Shown here piece after piece: positions 35,033 to 43,422 of a stretch of DNA of 64,000 nt; position 1 is the first letter of the stretch, and each line of letters opens with the position of its first letter. The position numbers and the translations under genes were made by a program. The stretch covers positions 12,547 through 76,546 of the forward strand of contig JAPKYK010000003.1 of the NCBI GenBank assembly GCA_026394395.1, written 5' to 3'. Origin of the DNA: Methanomassiliicoccales archaeon. Lineage in GTDB: Archaea; Thermoplasmatota; Thermoplasmata; Methanomassiliicoccales; UBA472. The notes below the pieces were generated by a model that saw only the letters and a list, made by a program, of their open reading frames with translations, did not search any database and had not been told where the DNA came from.

Positions 35033-36868
35033 TTATGCCTTATCCATCGGATAATAGTACAGACCGGAGTACATCGGGTTGAACACGTATCCAGTGACCG
35101 TGGTTCGCTCACAGTGGAAGTTGGTCGCCTGTACGGTCCAAACGAACACGCACTCTTTGTACATTTCATAGCTTATGTTGGAGTACATGTTAGCCCGGGC
35201 AGTCGGGTTCTGTTCGGCCGCAGCCGCGGCTATCTCCGCGTTCACGGTGACGTTGTGGTATCCAACCGTGTCAGCGTAGGTACCGACGAAGAACGGTTGC
35301 ATATAGTCGTTCGGGTCAGCGTAGTCCGGAGCCCATCCCAGGAACAAGACCGGCAGCATTCCATGGCGCCTTGCGTTCAGGAAGACAGACCATTCCAGCT
35401 CAGTGGCGTATATATGAATGTTGTCGCTGGCAGCCTCCAGTCCATCCTTGAACAGCTCACATGCAGTTTGCCTTACAGTGTTACCGGAGTTGTAGAAGAT
35501 GTCCAGGCTGAAACCGTGGTCTAACCAGTTCCATGTCTCGTTGGTGTCCGGATCGGTGTAGGTGGCGTTCTCCAAGTAGGATTTGACTAGGGCCAGATCA
35601 AAGTCGTAGGTTGGTGTGCTTGCATCATAGCCGAACATGCCCATCGGGATTGCCCCGTTTTCCTGGATTCCAGCACCGTTATACGCAGTCGCGATCAGCT
35701 TGGAAACGTTCATGGCGTGAGCGAAGGCTAGGCGTACGTTCTTATTAGCGAAGAAATCCAGAGGAACATTGGTGTGGGACATCAGGGTCGAATTGGGGTT
35801 GATGTCCATGTTCAGCCCGATGAAGTCGACAGAGAACGTACCAAGACCCTTGACGATGCGGATGTCGGTGCGGTTGTTAACCGAGGTTTCCATCGTGCGG
35901 GGGATCGCAGCTACATCAGCGTCGCCGCTCTGCAGTTCCAATAGCCTGGTGCTCGCTTCAGGTACCTGCCTGATTAGAACCTGGTCCAGCTTGGCCGGGG
36001 TCATATAATAGTCATTGTTCTTCAGCAGCAAGAAGTGATCATCGGCAATGAACTCGCCCAAGGAGAACGGTCCAGTACCGCACATATGTGTGGCCATGTA
36101 ATCGTATCCGTCCTTGGTGAGACCGCCGTTGGCCTCAACGAAGTCCTTGGAAATGACATCGCCGATGGTATAGGTGATCACGTAGTTCCAGCCGGGGAAG
36201 GGGACGGTCAGGTTGAATTGAACAGTGTAATCGTCCTTCGCCCAAATGTGCTCAGCGATCGTATCCAGCGAAATGGTCCCAGGTGTGATTACTGTCCCAT
36301 TCGCTAGATTAAGGACGGCGGTGTTGTTAATATTCCCGTCGTTACCGAACGTTGCCTCAGTATAGTTGTAGTACCAAGGGATTGCCAGCTCGCCAACCAT
36401 CCAGGTGGCACCGCTTTGGTAGTTATACCTCAAAGCGCGAACGAAGCTGTAGACCACATCATCAGCGGTCATATCAGTTCCGTCATGGAATGTGACATTC
36501 GTGCGCAGGTTGTAGGTGTAGGTGTAGCCATCGTCGGTTATACCGCCGTTAGCAACAGTTGGCACCGAGGTACAGAGCTGCGGAACCAATACGCTTGCAC
36601 TCGCTCCCTCGTAGAACATCATGGTCTCGTAGACGTTTTGCATTATTTCCCCGCCTACGGTTTCATAGCCTACAACCGGGTCTAAACTCTCAGGGTTTCC
36701 AGAGATAGTGTCAACGACGAAGATCTTCTTCTCGCTTTCACCACCTGACATTAACAGTGCAGCACCAAGAGCAGCAATAATCAAGACAGCGACAACCACA
36801 ATAGCGATTATCTTTATCTTGGACTTGCCTTTCCCAGCATCTGCAGAGGTATCAGCACTTCCTTCCAT
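35033..36868 (-). CDS. Peptide ABC transporter substrate-binding protein (family 5 SBP), membrane-anchored
   Basis: Large SBP_bac_5-like protein. I prefer the ATG at 36868, preceded by GGAGGAAGGAGG, which gives MEGSADTS...KIKIIAIVVVAVLIIAALGAALLMSGG. The track start at 37021 adds an implausible leader. Confidence 0.8.
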   Translation of the reverse strand: MEGSADTSADAGKGKSKIKIIAIVVVAVLIIAALGAALLMSGGESEKKIFVVDTISGNPESLDPVVGYETVGGEIMQNVYETMMFYEGASASVLVPQLCTSVPTVANGGITDDGYTYTYNLRTNVTFHDGTDMTADDVVYSFVRALRYNYQSGATWMVGELAIPWYYNYTEATFGNDGNINNTAVLNLANGTVITPGTISLDTIAEHIWAKDDYTVQFNLTVPFPGWNYVITYTIGDVISKDFVEANGGLTKDGYDYMATHMCGTGPFSLGEFIADDHFLLLKNNDYYMTPAKLDQVLIRQVPEASTRLLELQSGDADVAAIPRTMETSVNNRTDIRIVKGLGTFSVDFIGLNMDINPNSTLMSHTNVPLDFFANKNVRLAFAHAMNVSKLIATAYNGAGIQENGAIPMGMFGYDASTPTYDFDLALVKSYLENATYTDPDTNETWNWLDHGFSLDIFYNSGNTVRQTACELFKDGLEAASDNIHIYATELEWSVFLNARRHGMLPVLFLGWAPDYADPNDYMQPFFVGTYADTVGYHNVTVNAEIAAAAAEQNPTARANMYSNISYEMYKECVFVWTVQATNFHCERTTVTGYVFNPMYSGLYYYPMDKA

Positions 36869-37147
36869 TCTCAATCCTCCTTCCTCCCATTTCATAAATG
36901 ACTGGGAGATTAACTTTTGTAAACAATTTGATGCTATATATACCTTTTCCGTTTTACAGTATAAGGGACTACTATCCAGCAATGTGAACGCATGGGCTAC
37001 AAATGTGATTTTTTTATTCAAGGTGTGTCCAACAATATTCCAAATTATTTGTCATTATGATGGATAATCGAGGTGAATTATTGACATAATGATCGTTCGA
37101 AAATCAAATGCAATTGTTGAAAACAGTCCCTGTTCGGTCGGTCGAGT

Positions 37148-37789
37148 TCAATATTCTTTAATTATCCTTTCAGCCCATATCAATTTTTTCCGCTTCAATC
37201 CCCGGTCCTTGCTTTCGTCAAAGAACGGGTTAGCGAGGTCCCAACCGAAAAATCGAATATCGTCGATTCCGAAGTGCTTTGCCATGACATAGCATCGGTC
37301 GCCGTCGGTGAATCCTCCGAAATTGTAGAGGTCATCAAAGGGCTGGCATTGCACCGTAGGGACGATCGGTCCGAGCAATTTCGGAACGACCCGTCGCAGC
37401 ATGGGAATATTGTCCCCGTGGGCGTGGACGAACATGAGAACGCCTTTCGCGCTAGCCTCGATCTCGAACTCAACTTCCCCGTCCAAATCACTTACGATCA
37501 CATCTGGCATGATACCCTTGTGCATCAATCGACCAGTGGCGGACCCGGCCGATATGATCGTTCTATCGGCGGACAAATTGCCAAGTTCATTCTCCAATGA
37601 TGCTGCGGCCCCGCATATCGACACGCTCTTACCCAGTTTATCGACAATCGTACAAAAATTCGGAATTCGTTGGGAATCGATCAATTTCGAAAGGACCAAA
37701 GCGGATTCGATGTCCGCTTGCGGATCGAAATTGAAATCCTTCAAAATCTCGAGGTATAGAGGTCTCCAAAGGGCCCATTCCATCCTCAA
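37148..37789 (-). CDS. mptE: 6-hydroxymethyl-7,8-dihydropterin pyrophosphokinase, archaeal MptE-like (DUF115)
   Basis: VSICGAAASLENEL, PDVIVSDLDG and FVHAHGDN match the DUF115/MptE pattern as I recall it. Confidence 0.6.
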   Translation of the reverse strand: MRMEWALWRPLYLEILKDFNFDPQADIESALVLSKLIDSQRIPNFCTIVDKLGKSVSICGAAASLENELGNLSADRTIISAGSATGRLMHKGIMPDVIVSDLDGEVEFEIEASAKGVLMFVHAHGDNIPMLRRVVPKLLGPIVPTVQCQPFDDLYNFGGFTDGDRCYVMAKHFGIDDIRFFGWDLANPFFDESKDRGLKRKKLIWAERIIKEY

Positions 37790-38943
37790 GCCTCTGGGAA
37801 GTGCTGAGGTTCGCTCTCCTTCTCGGCATCCACCTTGGCCGGACGGGAGTAGCTCTTCATGTTGGCGTTGATCAAACTGCTGAACCCGGCCAGGAGGAAT
37901 CCAACTAGGAACTGCAGGAAGATGATCGCTTCTTCATAATTGGCATAGCCTAAGACCACGGCCGCCAGGTCGAAGGAGCCTTGCAGGATGAAGGCGATGG
38001 CGAACATGCTGGTGCTGACCACCAGACTAGTGCTGTAGATCTTCCCGAAGGAGAAGTAGTGATTGACGAACTTTCCCATCTGGTAACAGAATATGGAGAA
38101 CACCCACATCCACAACAACACGCTGGAAAGCTTCAGCAGCTGCGAGGTCGCGCTGGCCTCGGTGTCCTGTGACAGGACGTCCTGGGCAAAGAATATTCCA
38201 GCCAGGAAGAGGATTACCGACAATATGGCGTAAGGGATCATCTGGCTGCCGTTCTTTATGGCCTTGCCAGTGTTCCGCAGGGAGTTCTCCACCCGCTCTG
38301 CCACCTTATAGGCGAAGAACAGCAGGTAAATTCCCATCACCAAAGCTATCATCCCCCAGCCCATGCTGGCGATCAACTCGATGCTAGCATCCTGCTGCAT
38401 CAATTTGAGTATCGGGGGCAGGATGTTGAACAGGCCCAGGACGGCCAGCACTAGTCCGATGGGGGTGAAGATGCGCTTCCTCATCTTATCATCGGCCAGC
38501 ATCTTCATGATGATGTAGTACGTCCCTTCAACCGTAGGCGCCTGTTTCACCCAGACACGACGGACCGAATCGACCTTCACTCGGGAGAAGACCATAGGGT
38601 AGATGAACTCGTCCTCGGCCCCATCGCTGACCAGGATGACCCGGTCCGGCTTTATCAGCTCGAGCACGTTTTCCAGCTGTGTGGTCAGGACCAGATCGGA
38701 TTCGTAGCCCACCTTCACGTCGCCGCAGATGGTGGCGACCTCCACGTCCTCGCCTTTTTTCAGCATCTCATCGTACATGCTCAGTGCGGCCAGGCAGGTG
38801 TTGACGTCGCTGTCCTCAGGGTCCTTGAGCCCCAGCGCCATGATGGCGTTGGCGTTCTCCTCGCGACCAATGAAAGGGCTGTTCAGCCCGGCCTTCTTGC
38901 CAAAATCATCGTCGCGATCGACGTTGAGGACTAGGACCTTCAT
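37786..38943 (-). CDS. DUF373-family archaeal membrane protein
   Basis: N-terminal soluble domain MKVLVLNVDRDDDFGKKAGLNSPFIGREENANAIMALGLKDPEDSDVN, followed by multiple TM helices. Overlaps the mptE-like start by 4 nt. Confidence 0.65.
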   Translation of the reverse strand: MKVLVLNVDRDDDFGKKAGLNSPFIGREENANAIMALGLKDPEDSDVNTCLAALSMYDEMLKKGEDVEVATICGDVKVGYESDLVLTTQLENVLELIKPDRVILVSDGAEDEFIYPMVFSRVKVDSVRRVWVKQAPTVEGTYYIIMKMLADDKMRKRIFTPIGLVLAVLGLFNILPPILKLMQQDASIELIASMGWGMIALVMGIYLLFFAYKVAERVENSLRNTGKAIKNGSQMIPYAILSVILFLAGIFFAQDVLSQDTEASATSQLLKLSSVLLWMWVFSIFCYQMGKFVNHYFSFGKIYSTSLVVSTSMFAIAFILQGSFDLAAVVLGYANYEEAIIFLQFLVGFLLAGFSSLINANMKSYSRPAKVDAEKESEPQHFPEA

Positions 38944-39067
38944 CTCTATATCAATCCAGTAATCCTCTATATTAAAATTATGCTACGACAGATGAAATGG
39001 GGAACTGGGGCACCGTACAGGTCTTGGTAATATTTCGATACCAGACAGAAAAAAGATATAACTGGGA

Positions 39068-40126
39068 ATGGAGGTATACGGTCCCGCAATGGAACGCAAG
39101 GCCGGTTTTAAAGAGTGCCCAAAATGCGGGCTTCGCAACAAACCAACAGCGGTCCAGTGCGATTTTTGCGGGCAGAGCCTTACCGCGGGCGACGATTGGC
39201 AGTCCCACGTCAAGGACCTGGAATCCTTCACCAAGGCCGATAGCCGAGGGACGGTCGATTATCAGACCTCGCGGCGCATCGAATCGACTATCATTCGCAA
39301 GGAGCCCCCCCATCACAAGCCTGTGGAAGTTAAGGAGGTGGCCAACCTTGAGGACATCCTGAAGGAGTTCGATAAGACACCTCCCGTCAAAGACGAACCT
39401 GCAGTTGAACCGCCGAAGGAAGCTTCCATTTCCGCGGAAGCCCCTTCCGGCACCATAGTAACGGTCGAACCTCCTCTGGCAGTGTCTGAGGAAGCGCCGA
39501 AAATCCATGAGGAACCGACCGAACCTAAGGTCATTACCGAGCCTGTCCCCGGGTCGTCCATAGAAAAGCGGTCTCCGGCCGAAACCGCCACTGAGAAGTC
39601 CGAAAAGATCCCAGAGGAGGAGCGCCCGGTCGAGGTCGCATCTCCGGAACCGGAGGAAGTGGTATCGGCCCCTTCGCCTGAGGCGATGACCACCGCTCCC
39701 GCCGTAAGCGAGGAGGTCAAGCCGCCGGAGACCGTCAGCGTGGTATGGGACGAGGTCGTGGTCGTTGAAGAGACAGGGACCAGGACAAGCGAAGATGAGG
39801 CTCCGCAAACGGCAGAGGTGCATAAAAATTCCAAACTCTTGCATGGTAAGAGAGCGATGGTCGCGGTAGGGATACTGGCTGTGGGCATCTTCCTCTACCT
39901 GATCACCTTGGCCCTGACCGCCATTGGATTCGTCGGCACCGCATTCAGCCTGGGCCTAGGGAGCGTATCGTCATTGATGGTGGTGATAGGAGCGGCCATG
40001 GCCTATCCTTCGTTCAAGCGGAAGGAACTGGACGAGGTTTTTATCTGTCCCAAATGCCATGAGAGCGTTGACAGGGACGGCGACCGCTGCCCCGCCTGTG
40101 GTGCAGCGTTCCTGCCCGAGGATTAG
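39068..40126 (+). CDS. Membrane protein with zinc ribbons at both termini and a long acidic Pro/Glu-rich linker
   Basis: N-terminal CPKCG-x11-CDFCG. About 200 aa of P/E/V/A-rich low complexity. Two or three TM helices (AMVAVGILAVGIFLYLITLALTAIGFVG...). C-terminal CPKCH-x9-CPACG. The ATG at 39089 is an alternative start. Confidence 0.65.
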   Translation: MEVYGPAMERKAGFKECPKCGLRNKPTAVQCDFCGQSLTAGDDWQSHVKDLESFTKADSRGTVDYQTSRRIESTIIRKEPPHHKPVEVKEVANLEDILKEFDKTPPVKDEPAVEPPKEASISAEAPSGTIVTVEPPLAVSEEAPKIHEEPTEPKVITEPVPGSSIEKRSPAETATEKSEKIPEEERPVEVASPEPEEVVSAPSPEAMTTAPAVSEEVKPPETVSVVWDEVVVVEETGTRTSEDEAPQTAEVHKNSKLLHGKRAMVAVGILAVGIFLYLITLALTAIGFVGTAFSLGLGSVSSLMVVIGAAMAYPSFKRKELDEVFICPKCHESVDRDGDRCPACGAAFLPED

Positions 40127-40137
40127 GTGGGTTTGTT

Positions 40138-40773
40138 GTGAAGGTAATCTGGCACATGCACTCCTGTTTCGAGGTGGACGACACCGTCACCGTGGTCACC
40201 GACCCACATGATGGGAGGTCCATAGGGGTCAAACCCCCTTCGTTGAAGGCGGACCTCGTCCTCATCAGCCACGATCATTTCGATCACAACGCTGTCCGCG
40301 TGGTCAAAGGAGAATACATCGTCATAAAGGACGTCGCCCCAAAGGTCATAAAAGGTGTCGAGGTACGGGGCATTCCGGCGTTCCATGACGATGTGCAAGG
40401 AGAGAAACGCGGTCGGATCAACATTTTCCATTTCACCCTTGACGGCGTGAGGTTCTGCCATCTCGGCGATCTGGGCCACATGCTCTCGGAACAACAGCTC
40501 AAGGACCTAGGTCCGGTCGACGTGCTGTTCATACCGGTAGGAGGCGTGTTCACCTTGGACGGCGCTCAGGCCCAAAAATTGGTCAGGGACATCGGACCGA
40601 AGGTGGCCATTCCCATGCATTTCCGTGTCGGCGGGCTTTCCTTATCGATTCACAACGCCAACGATTTCCTTAAGGGGCTTCCCGAGGACAAGGTCGTTCG
40701 CGTAGGGAACGAAGTTGATTTCGAGAAAGAGGACCTGCCCAAGGAGACCGAGTACTGGGTGTTCTCGCAGTGA
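40138..40773 (+). CDS. MBL-fold metal-dependent hydrolase (UPF0173-like)
   Basis: GTG start preceded by AGGTGG. KVIWHMHSCFEV..., LISHDHFDH, and a later PMHF. Confidence 0.75.
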   Translation: MKVIWHMHSCFEVDDTVTVVTDPHDGRSIGVKPPSLKADLVLISHDHFDHNAVRVVKGEYIVIKDVAPKVIKGVEVRGIPAFHDDVQGEKRGRINIFHFTLDGVRFCHLGDLGHMLSEQQLKDLGPVDVLFIPVGGVFTLDGAQAQKLVRDIGPKVAIPMHFRVGGLSLSIHNANDFLKGLPEDKVVRVGNEVDFEKEDLPKETEYWVFSQ

Positions 40774-41433
40774 TCAGCTGATTATGTCGAGGGCGTCCTC
40801 GACCCGGCCCTGCTCGATGGGAGTGCTGCGCATACCCACCACTCCGCCCTTGCTATTGGCCACGATGCTGGCCCCCACGTAAGGGGAGCCGTAGTTGAGG
40901 GTGGTGATCATCGGTTCCAATTTGAAGATGTCCTTGAGGAGCTGGAGGTCGGCCTTGGTGGCCGCCGGGTGGCATATCAGGCCTTTGTTCGTGGCCTTGC
41001 ACACCGAGCCCACAGTGTTCTGTTCGGCGATGGCCCCACGGAGCACTTCCACGTTGAAGACCTTCTCGAGGGCGACGACGGTGCGATCGTCCACTTCGGG
41101 GTTGACGAGGCAACCGCGGTCGTTCACTAGTATGTTGTTGCCGCAGGCGTTCAGACGGTCCTCGAGCCTGACCACGTTCAGTCCGGAAAAGGCCTTCATC
41201 TCCTCGTCGGTAGTGAAATTGGCGACCGCTGCTCCGTAAGAGTTCAGGGCTACCAGGGAACCTATAAGGTTGGTGGCTGCGATGGTTCCCCGGGAACATT
41301 TGACGGTGAGGGCGGTGGAGACGTCCTGCTCGAACCGTTCATCGGAGTCCATCGGCAGCAAGGCCATGAACTCGTTGGCCACCGCGTAGACGCCTACGAA
41401 CTCGATGCCGTTGTAATTGGAGACCCGTAACAT
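40774..41433 (-). CDS. eif6: Translation initiation factor 6
   Basis: 219 aa with the pentameric repeat pattern (GVYAVANEFMALLP, IGSLVALNSYGAAV, CGNNILVNDRGCLVNP, VGSVCKATNKGLICHP, VGASIVANSKGGVVG). Confidence 0.92.
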   Translation of the reverse strand: MLRVSNYNGIEFVGVYAVANEFMALLPMDSDERFEQDVSTALTVKCSRGTIAATNLIGSLVALNSYGAAVANFTTDEEMKAFSGLNVVRLEDRLNACGNNILVNDRGCLVNPEVDDRTVVALEKVFNVEVLRGAIAEQNTVGSVCKATNKGLICHPAATKADLQLLKDIFKLEPMITTLNYGSPYVGASIVANSKGGVVGMRSTPIEQGRVEDALDIIS

Positions 41434-41443
41434 GTCTCAATGC

Positions 41444-41710
41444 TCACTCGGCGGGGAGGGAGACCTCTACCAGGCCGTCCTCGAAGCGCACCGCCTTCAC
41501 GCGCACCTTGCTCGGAGGGGCGGTCTTGCCGCGGGCCCAAATGGACTCGTTCACTTTGGGGTCTATCCATACGTCCTTCTCCTCGGCCTTCATGTGCCGG
41601 GCGACGTAAGCTCGTATCTCCTTGATGGCCCTTCTGGAACGTTCGGTGGTAGGGACCGTCTTGGTCTTGATAAGGGGTATGATGTAAACGGACTCTTGCT
41701 CCTCTGCCAT
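41444..41710 (-). CDS. rpl31e: 50S ribosomal protein L31e
   Basis: YIIPLIKTKTVPTTERSRRAIKEIRAYVARHMK...VWIDPKVNESIWARG. The start was moved to the ATG at 41710; the track's longer ORF runs into the L39e gene. Confidence 0.9.
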   Translation of the reverse strand: MAEEQESVYIIPLIKTKTVPTTERSRRAIKEIRAYVARHMKAEEKDVWIDPKVNESIWARGKTAPPSKVRVKAVRFEDGLVEVSLPAE

Positions 41711-41715
41711 GTTGA

Positions 41716-41871
41716 TCACTCCTTCAGATTGCTGTGGCGCCAGTTCCTTCGCATTGGGTGGCGCAGGAAGGTACGGCTGGTCCTCATCATGACCCATGCC
41801 GGTACGCGCCTGTTCTGTTTGACCTTCTTCATCAATCGCGCCTTCATGGCGGAGTGCTTGTAACGTGCCAT
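41716..41871 (-). CDS. rpl39e: 50S ribosomal protein L39e
   Basis: Below the ORF-track size cutoff. My translation is [51 protein letters not shown] (51 aa). It lies between the PDCD5-like gene (1-nt gap) and L31e. Confidence 0.88.
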   Translation of the reverse strand: MARYKHSAMKARLMKKVKQNRRVPAWVMMRTSRTFLRHPMRRNWRHSNLKE

Positions 41872-41872
41872 A

Positions 41873-42211
41873 TTACTTCCTCTCAATGTTAATTTCCCTC
41901 TTCTGAGGGGATACCTTCCTGAGTATCTGTTTCAGGGTAGGTTCGTCTATCTGGGAGTTTATCTGACCGTTCTGGGCCAGCCTGATTAGCTGGTCCTCGA
42001 CGGAGCGGGCTATGTCCGGGTAGGCCATGCGAACGTTGGCCAGGCGGTCCCTGGCCTCCGGGGTCAGCAGTTGGCGCATGATGGCCTGCCTCTGGGCTTC
42101 CATAGCCTGGTTCTGCTGCTCCACGACGGCCTGTTGCTCTCCCTGGCGCTGCATCTCGGCCATCTTCCGCCGTCGCAGTTCAGAGAGTTCAGCATCTTCC
42201 ACGGATATCAC
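41873..42211 (-). CDS. PDCD5/TFAR19-like dsDNA-binding protein
   Basis: [15 protein letters not shown]...[41 protein letters not shown]. It occupies the conserved position between S19e and L39e in archaeal genomes. Confidence 0.85.
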   Translation of the reverse strand: MISVEDAELSELRRRKMAEMQRQGEQQAVVEQQNQAMEAQRQAIMRQLLTPEARDRLANVRMAYPDIARSVEDQLIRLAQNGQINSQIDEPTLKQILRKVSPQKREINIERK

Positions 42212-42216
42212 CTGAT

Positions 42217-42654
42217 TCAGTTGGACCCGCTGACTTCCTTGGCGGCCCCGTCCAGCAGAGCCTGTCCCTTGGGAGTGACGACGCGCCCGTTGTTCTTGTT
42301 CTTAGCCACCAGACCGGCGGACTCCAGCTGCATCAGGGACTTCCTTATGATGGAGCGGCTGCCCTTGACGGCCTTATTGGGCCTGGATCCGTGGTCCACG
42401 AACCCGCCGTACTCGGCAGCTAGCTTGGAGGTGCCGATAGGCCCCTTTATGTAGACCTTTCTCAGGACCGAGGCTGCGCGAGTGTACCACCAGTCTTTCT
42501 GGATGGGTGCCTTTTCGGTGTGAACACCAGTCTTGGCGAACTCGGCCCACTCCGGGGGATTCACCGCTCCAGAGTCTTTCAACTTCTGGGCCACGTTTTC
42601 GATCAGCTTATCGGAGGGAACATCATAGACCGTAACCATTTTAACCAACCTCAA
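42217..42654 (-). CDS. rps19e: 30S ribosomal protein S19e
   Basis: VYDVPSDKLIENVAQKLK...PEWAEFAKTGVHTEKAP...DWWYTRAASVLRKVY..GPIG. Confidence 0.92.
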   Translation of the reverse strand: MRLVKMVTVYDVPSDKLIENVAQKLKDSGAVNPPEWAEFAKTGVHTEKAPIQKDWWYTRAASVLRKVYIKGPIGTSKLAAEYGGFVDHGSRPNKAVKGSRSIIRKSLMQLESAGLVAKNKNNGRVVTPKGQALLDGAAKEVSGSN

Positions 42655-42875
42655 TGAACTTCAGATATCGACTAGACCAAATGGTATGCTCGGCCTCTAA
42701 TATGGTACTTATATAAAAGGATTTTCGTTTCCAGAACCCCTCCTGGGCTCTGTCTCAGAGAAGAACGCTGCCGTCCGAGCCTGTTGTCGGACTTCGTTGT
42801 TATCAAGAATGACCTGCCCATTTAATAACGATTCGGCGTAAGATTTGAAATAATCGACGGACCTTCTTCGATGAT

Positions 42876-43421
42876 GTGAAGACCGTAGTGGCGATAACCG
42901 GGGCTTCGGGCATAATCTATGGCATTCGCCTATTGGAGGAACTGCAGGGCGAGAAGTCCCTCATCATCACGGAGACGGCCAAACGGATCATGGAGGCGGA
43001 GACCTCATATAAGCTCGAGGACGTGACGGGGTTGGCCGACGCGGTCTATCATGAGGACGAGCTCTTCGCCCCCGTGGCCTCCGGCAGCCACCGCTTTCAG
43101 GCCATGATCATATGCCCTTGCTCCGAGTCCACCCTGGCCAAGGTCTCGTTGGGCATCGCTGACAACCTGGTCACCCGAGCGGCGGCCGTTTGCATGAAGG
43201 AAAGAAGGAAGCTCATCGTAGTCCCCCGGGAGACGCCGCAGAGCGCCATCATGCTGAGGAACTCATTAAGATTGGCCGAGGACGGGGCGATAATAATGCC
43301 TGCCAGCCCTGGTTTCTACCCCAAGCCGCAGAGCGTGGAAGAACTGGTGGACTTCATGGTCGGCAAGATCCTGGACCAGCTGGGGCAGCCGCACGAGCTC
43401 TTCCGCCGTTGGGGTGAGTGA
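42876..43421 (+). CDS. ubiX: Flavin prenyltransferase UbiX
   Basis: GTG start. VAITGASGIIYGIRLLEEL, ICPCSESTLAKVSLGIADNLVTRAA and VVPRETP. Confidence 0.88.
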   Translation: MKTVVAITGASGIIYGIRLLEELQGEKSLIITETAKRIMEAETSYKLEDVTGLADAVYHEDELFAPVASGSHRFQAMIICPCSESTLAKVSLGIADNLVTRAAAVCMKERRKLIVVPRETPQSAIMLRNSLRLAEDGAIIMPASPGFYPKPQSVEELVDFMVGKILDQLGQPHELFRRWGE

Positions 43422-43422
43422 T

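Noticed and set aside
38978-39844. 288-aa minus-strand ORF
   Set aside because: It is antisense to the acidic Pro/Glu-rich gene at 39068-40126. The Arg/Gly/Phe-rich low complexity is a by-product of the sense-strand GAA/GAG/CCN bias.
42655-42875. Possible tRNA or small RNA in the 220-nt spacer upstream of rps19e/ubiX
   Set aside because: I found no cloverleaf and no T-loop (GTTCRA) consensus. The spacer has only a short hairpin (GTCCGA-n8-TCGGAC) and a TATA-like element (about 42709-42718) that is adequately explained as the promoter of the ribosomal-protein operon.
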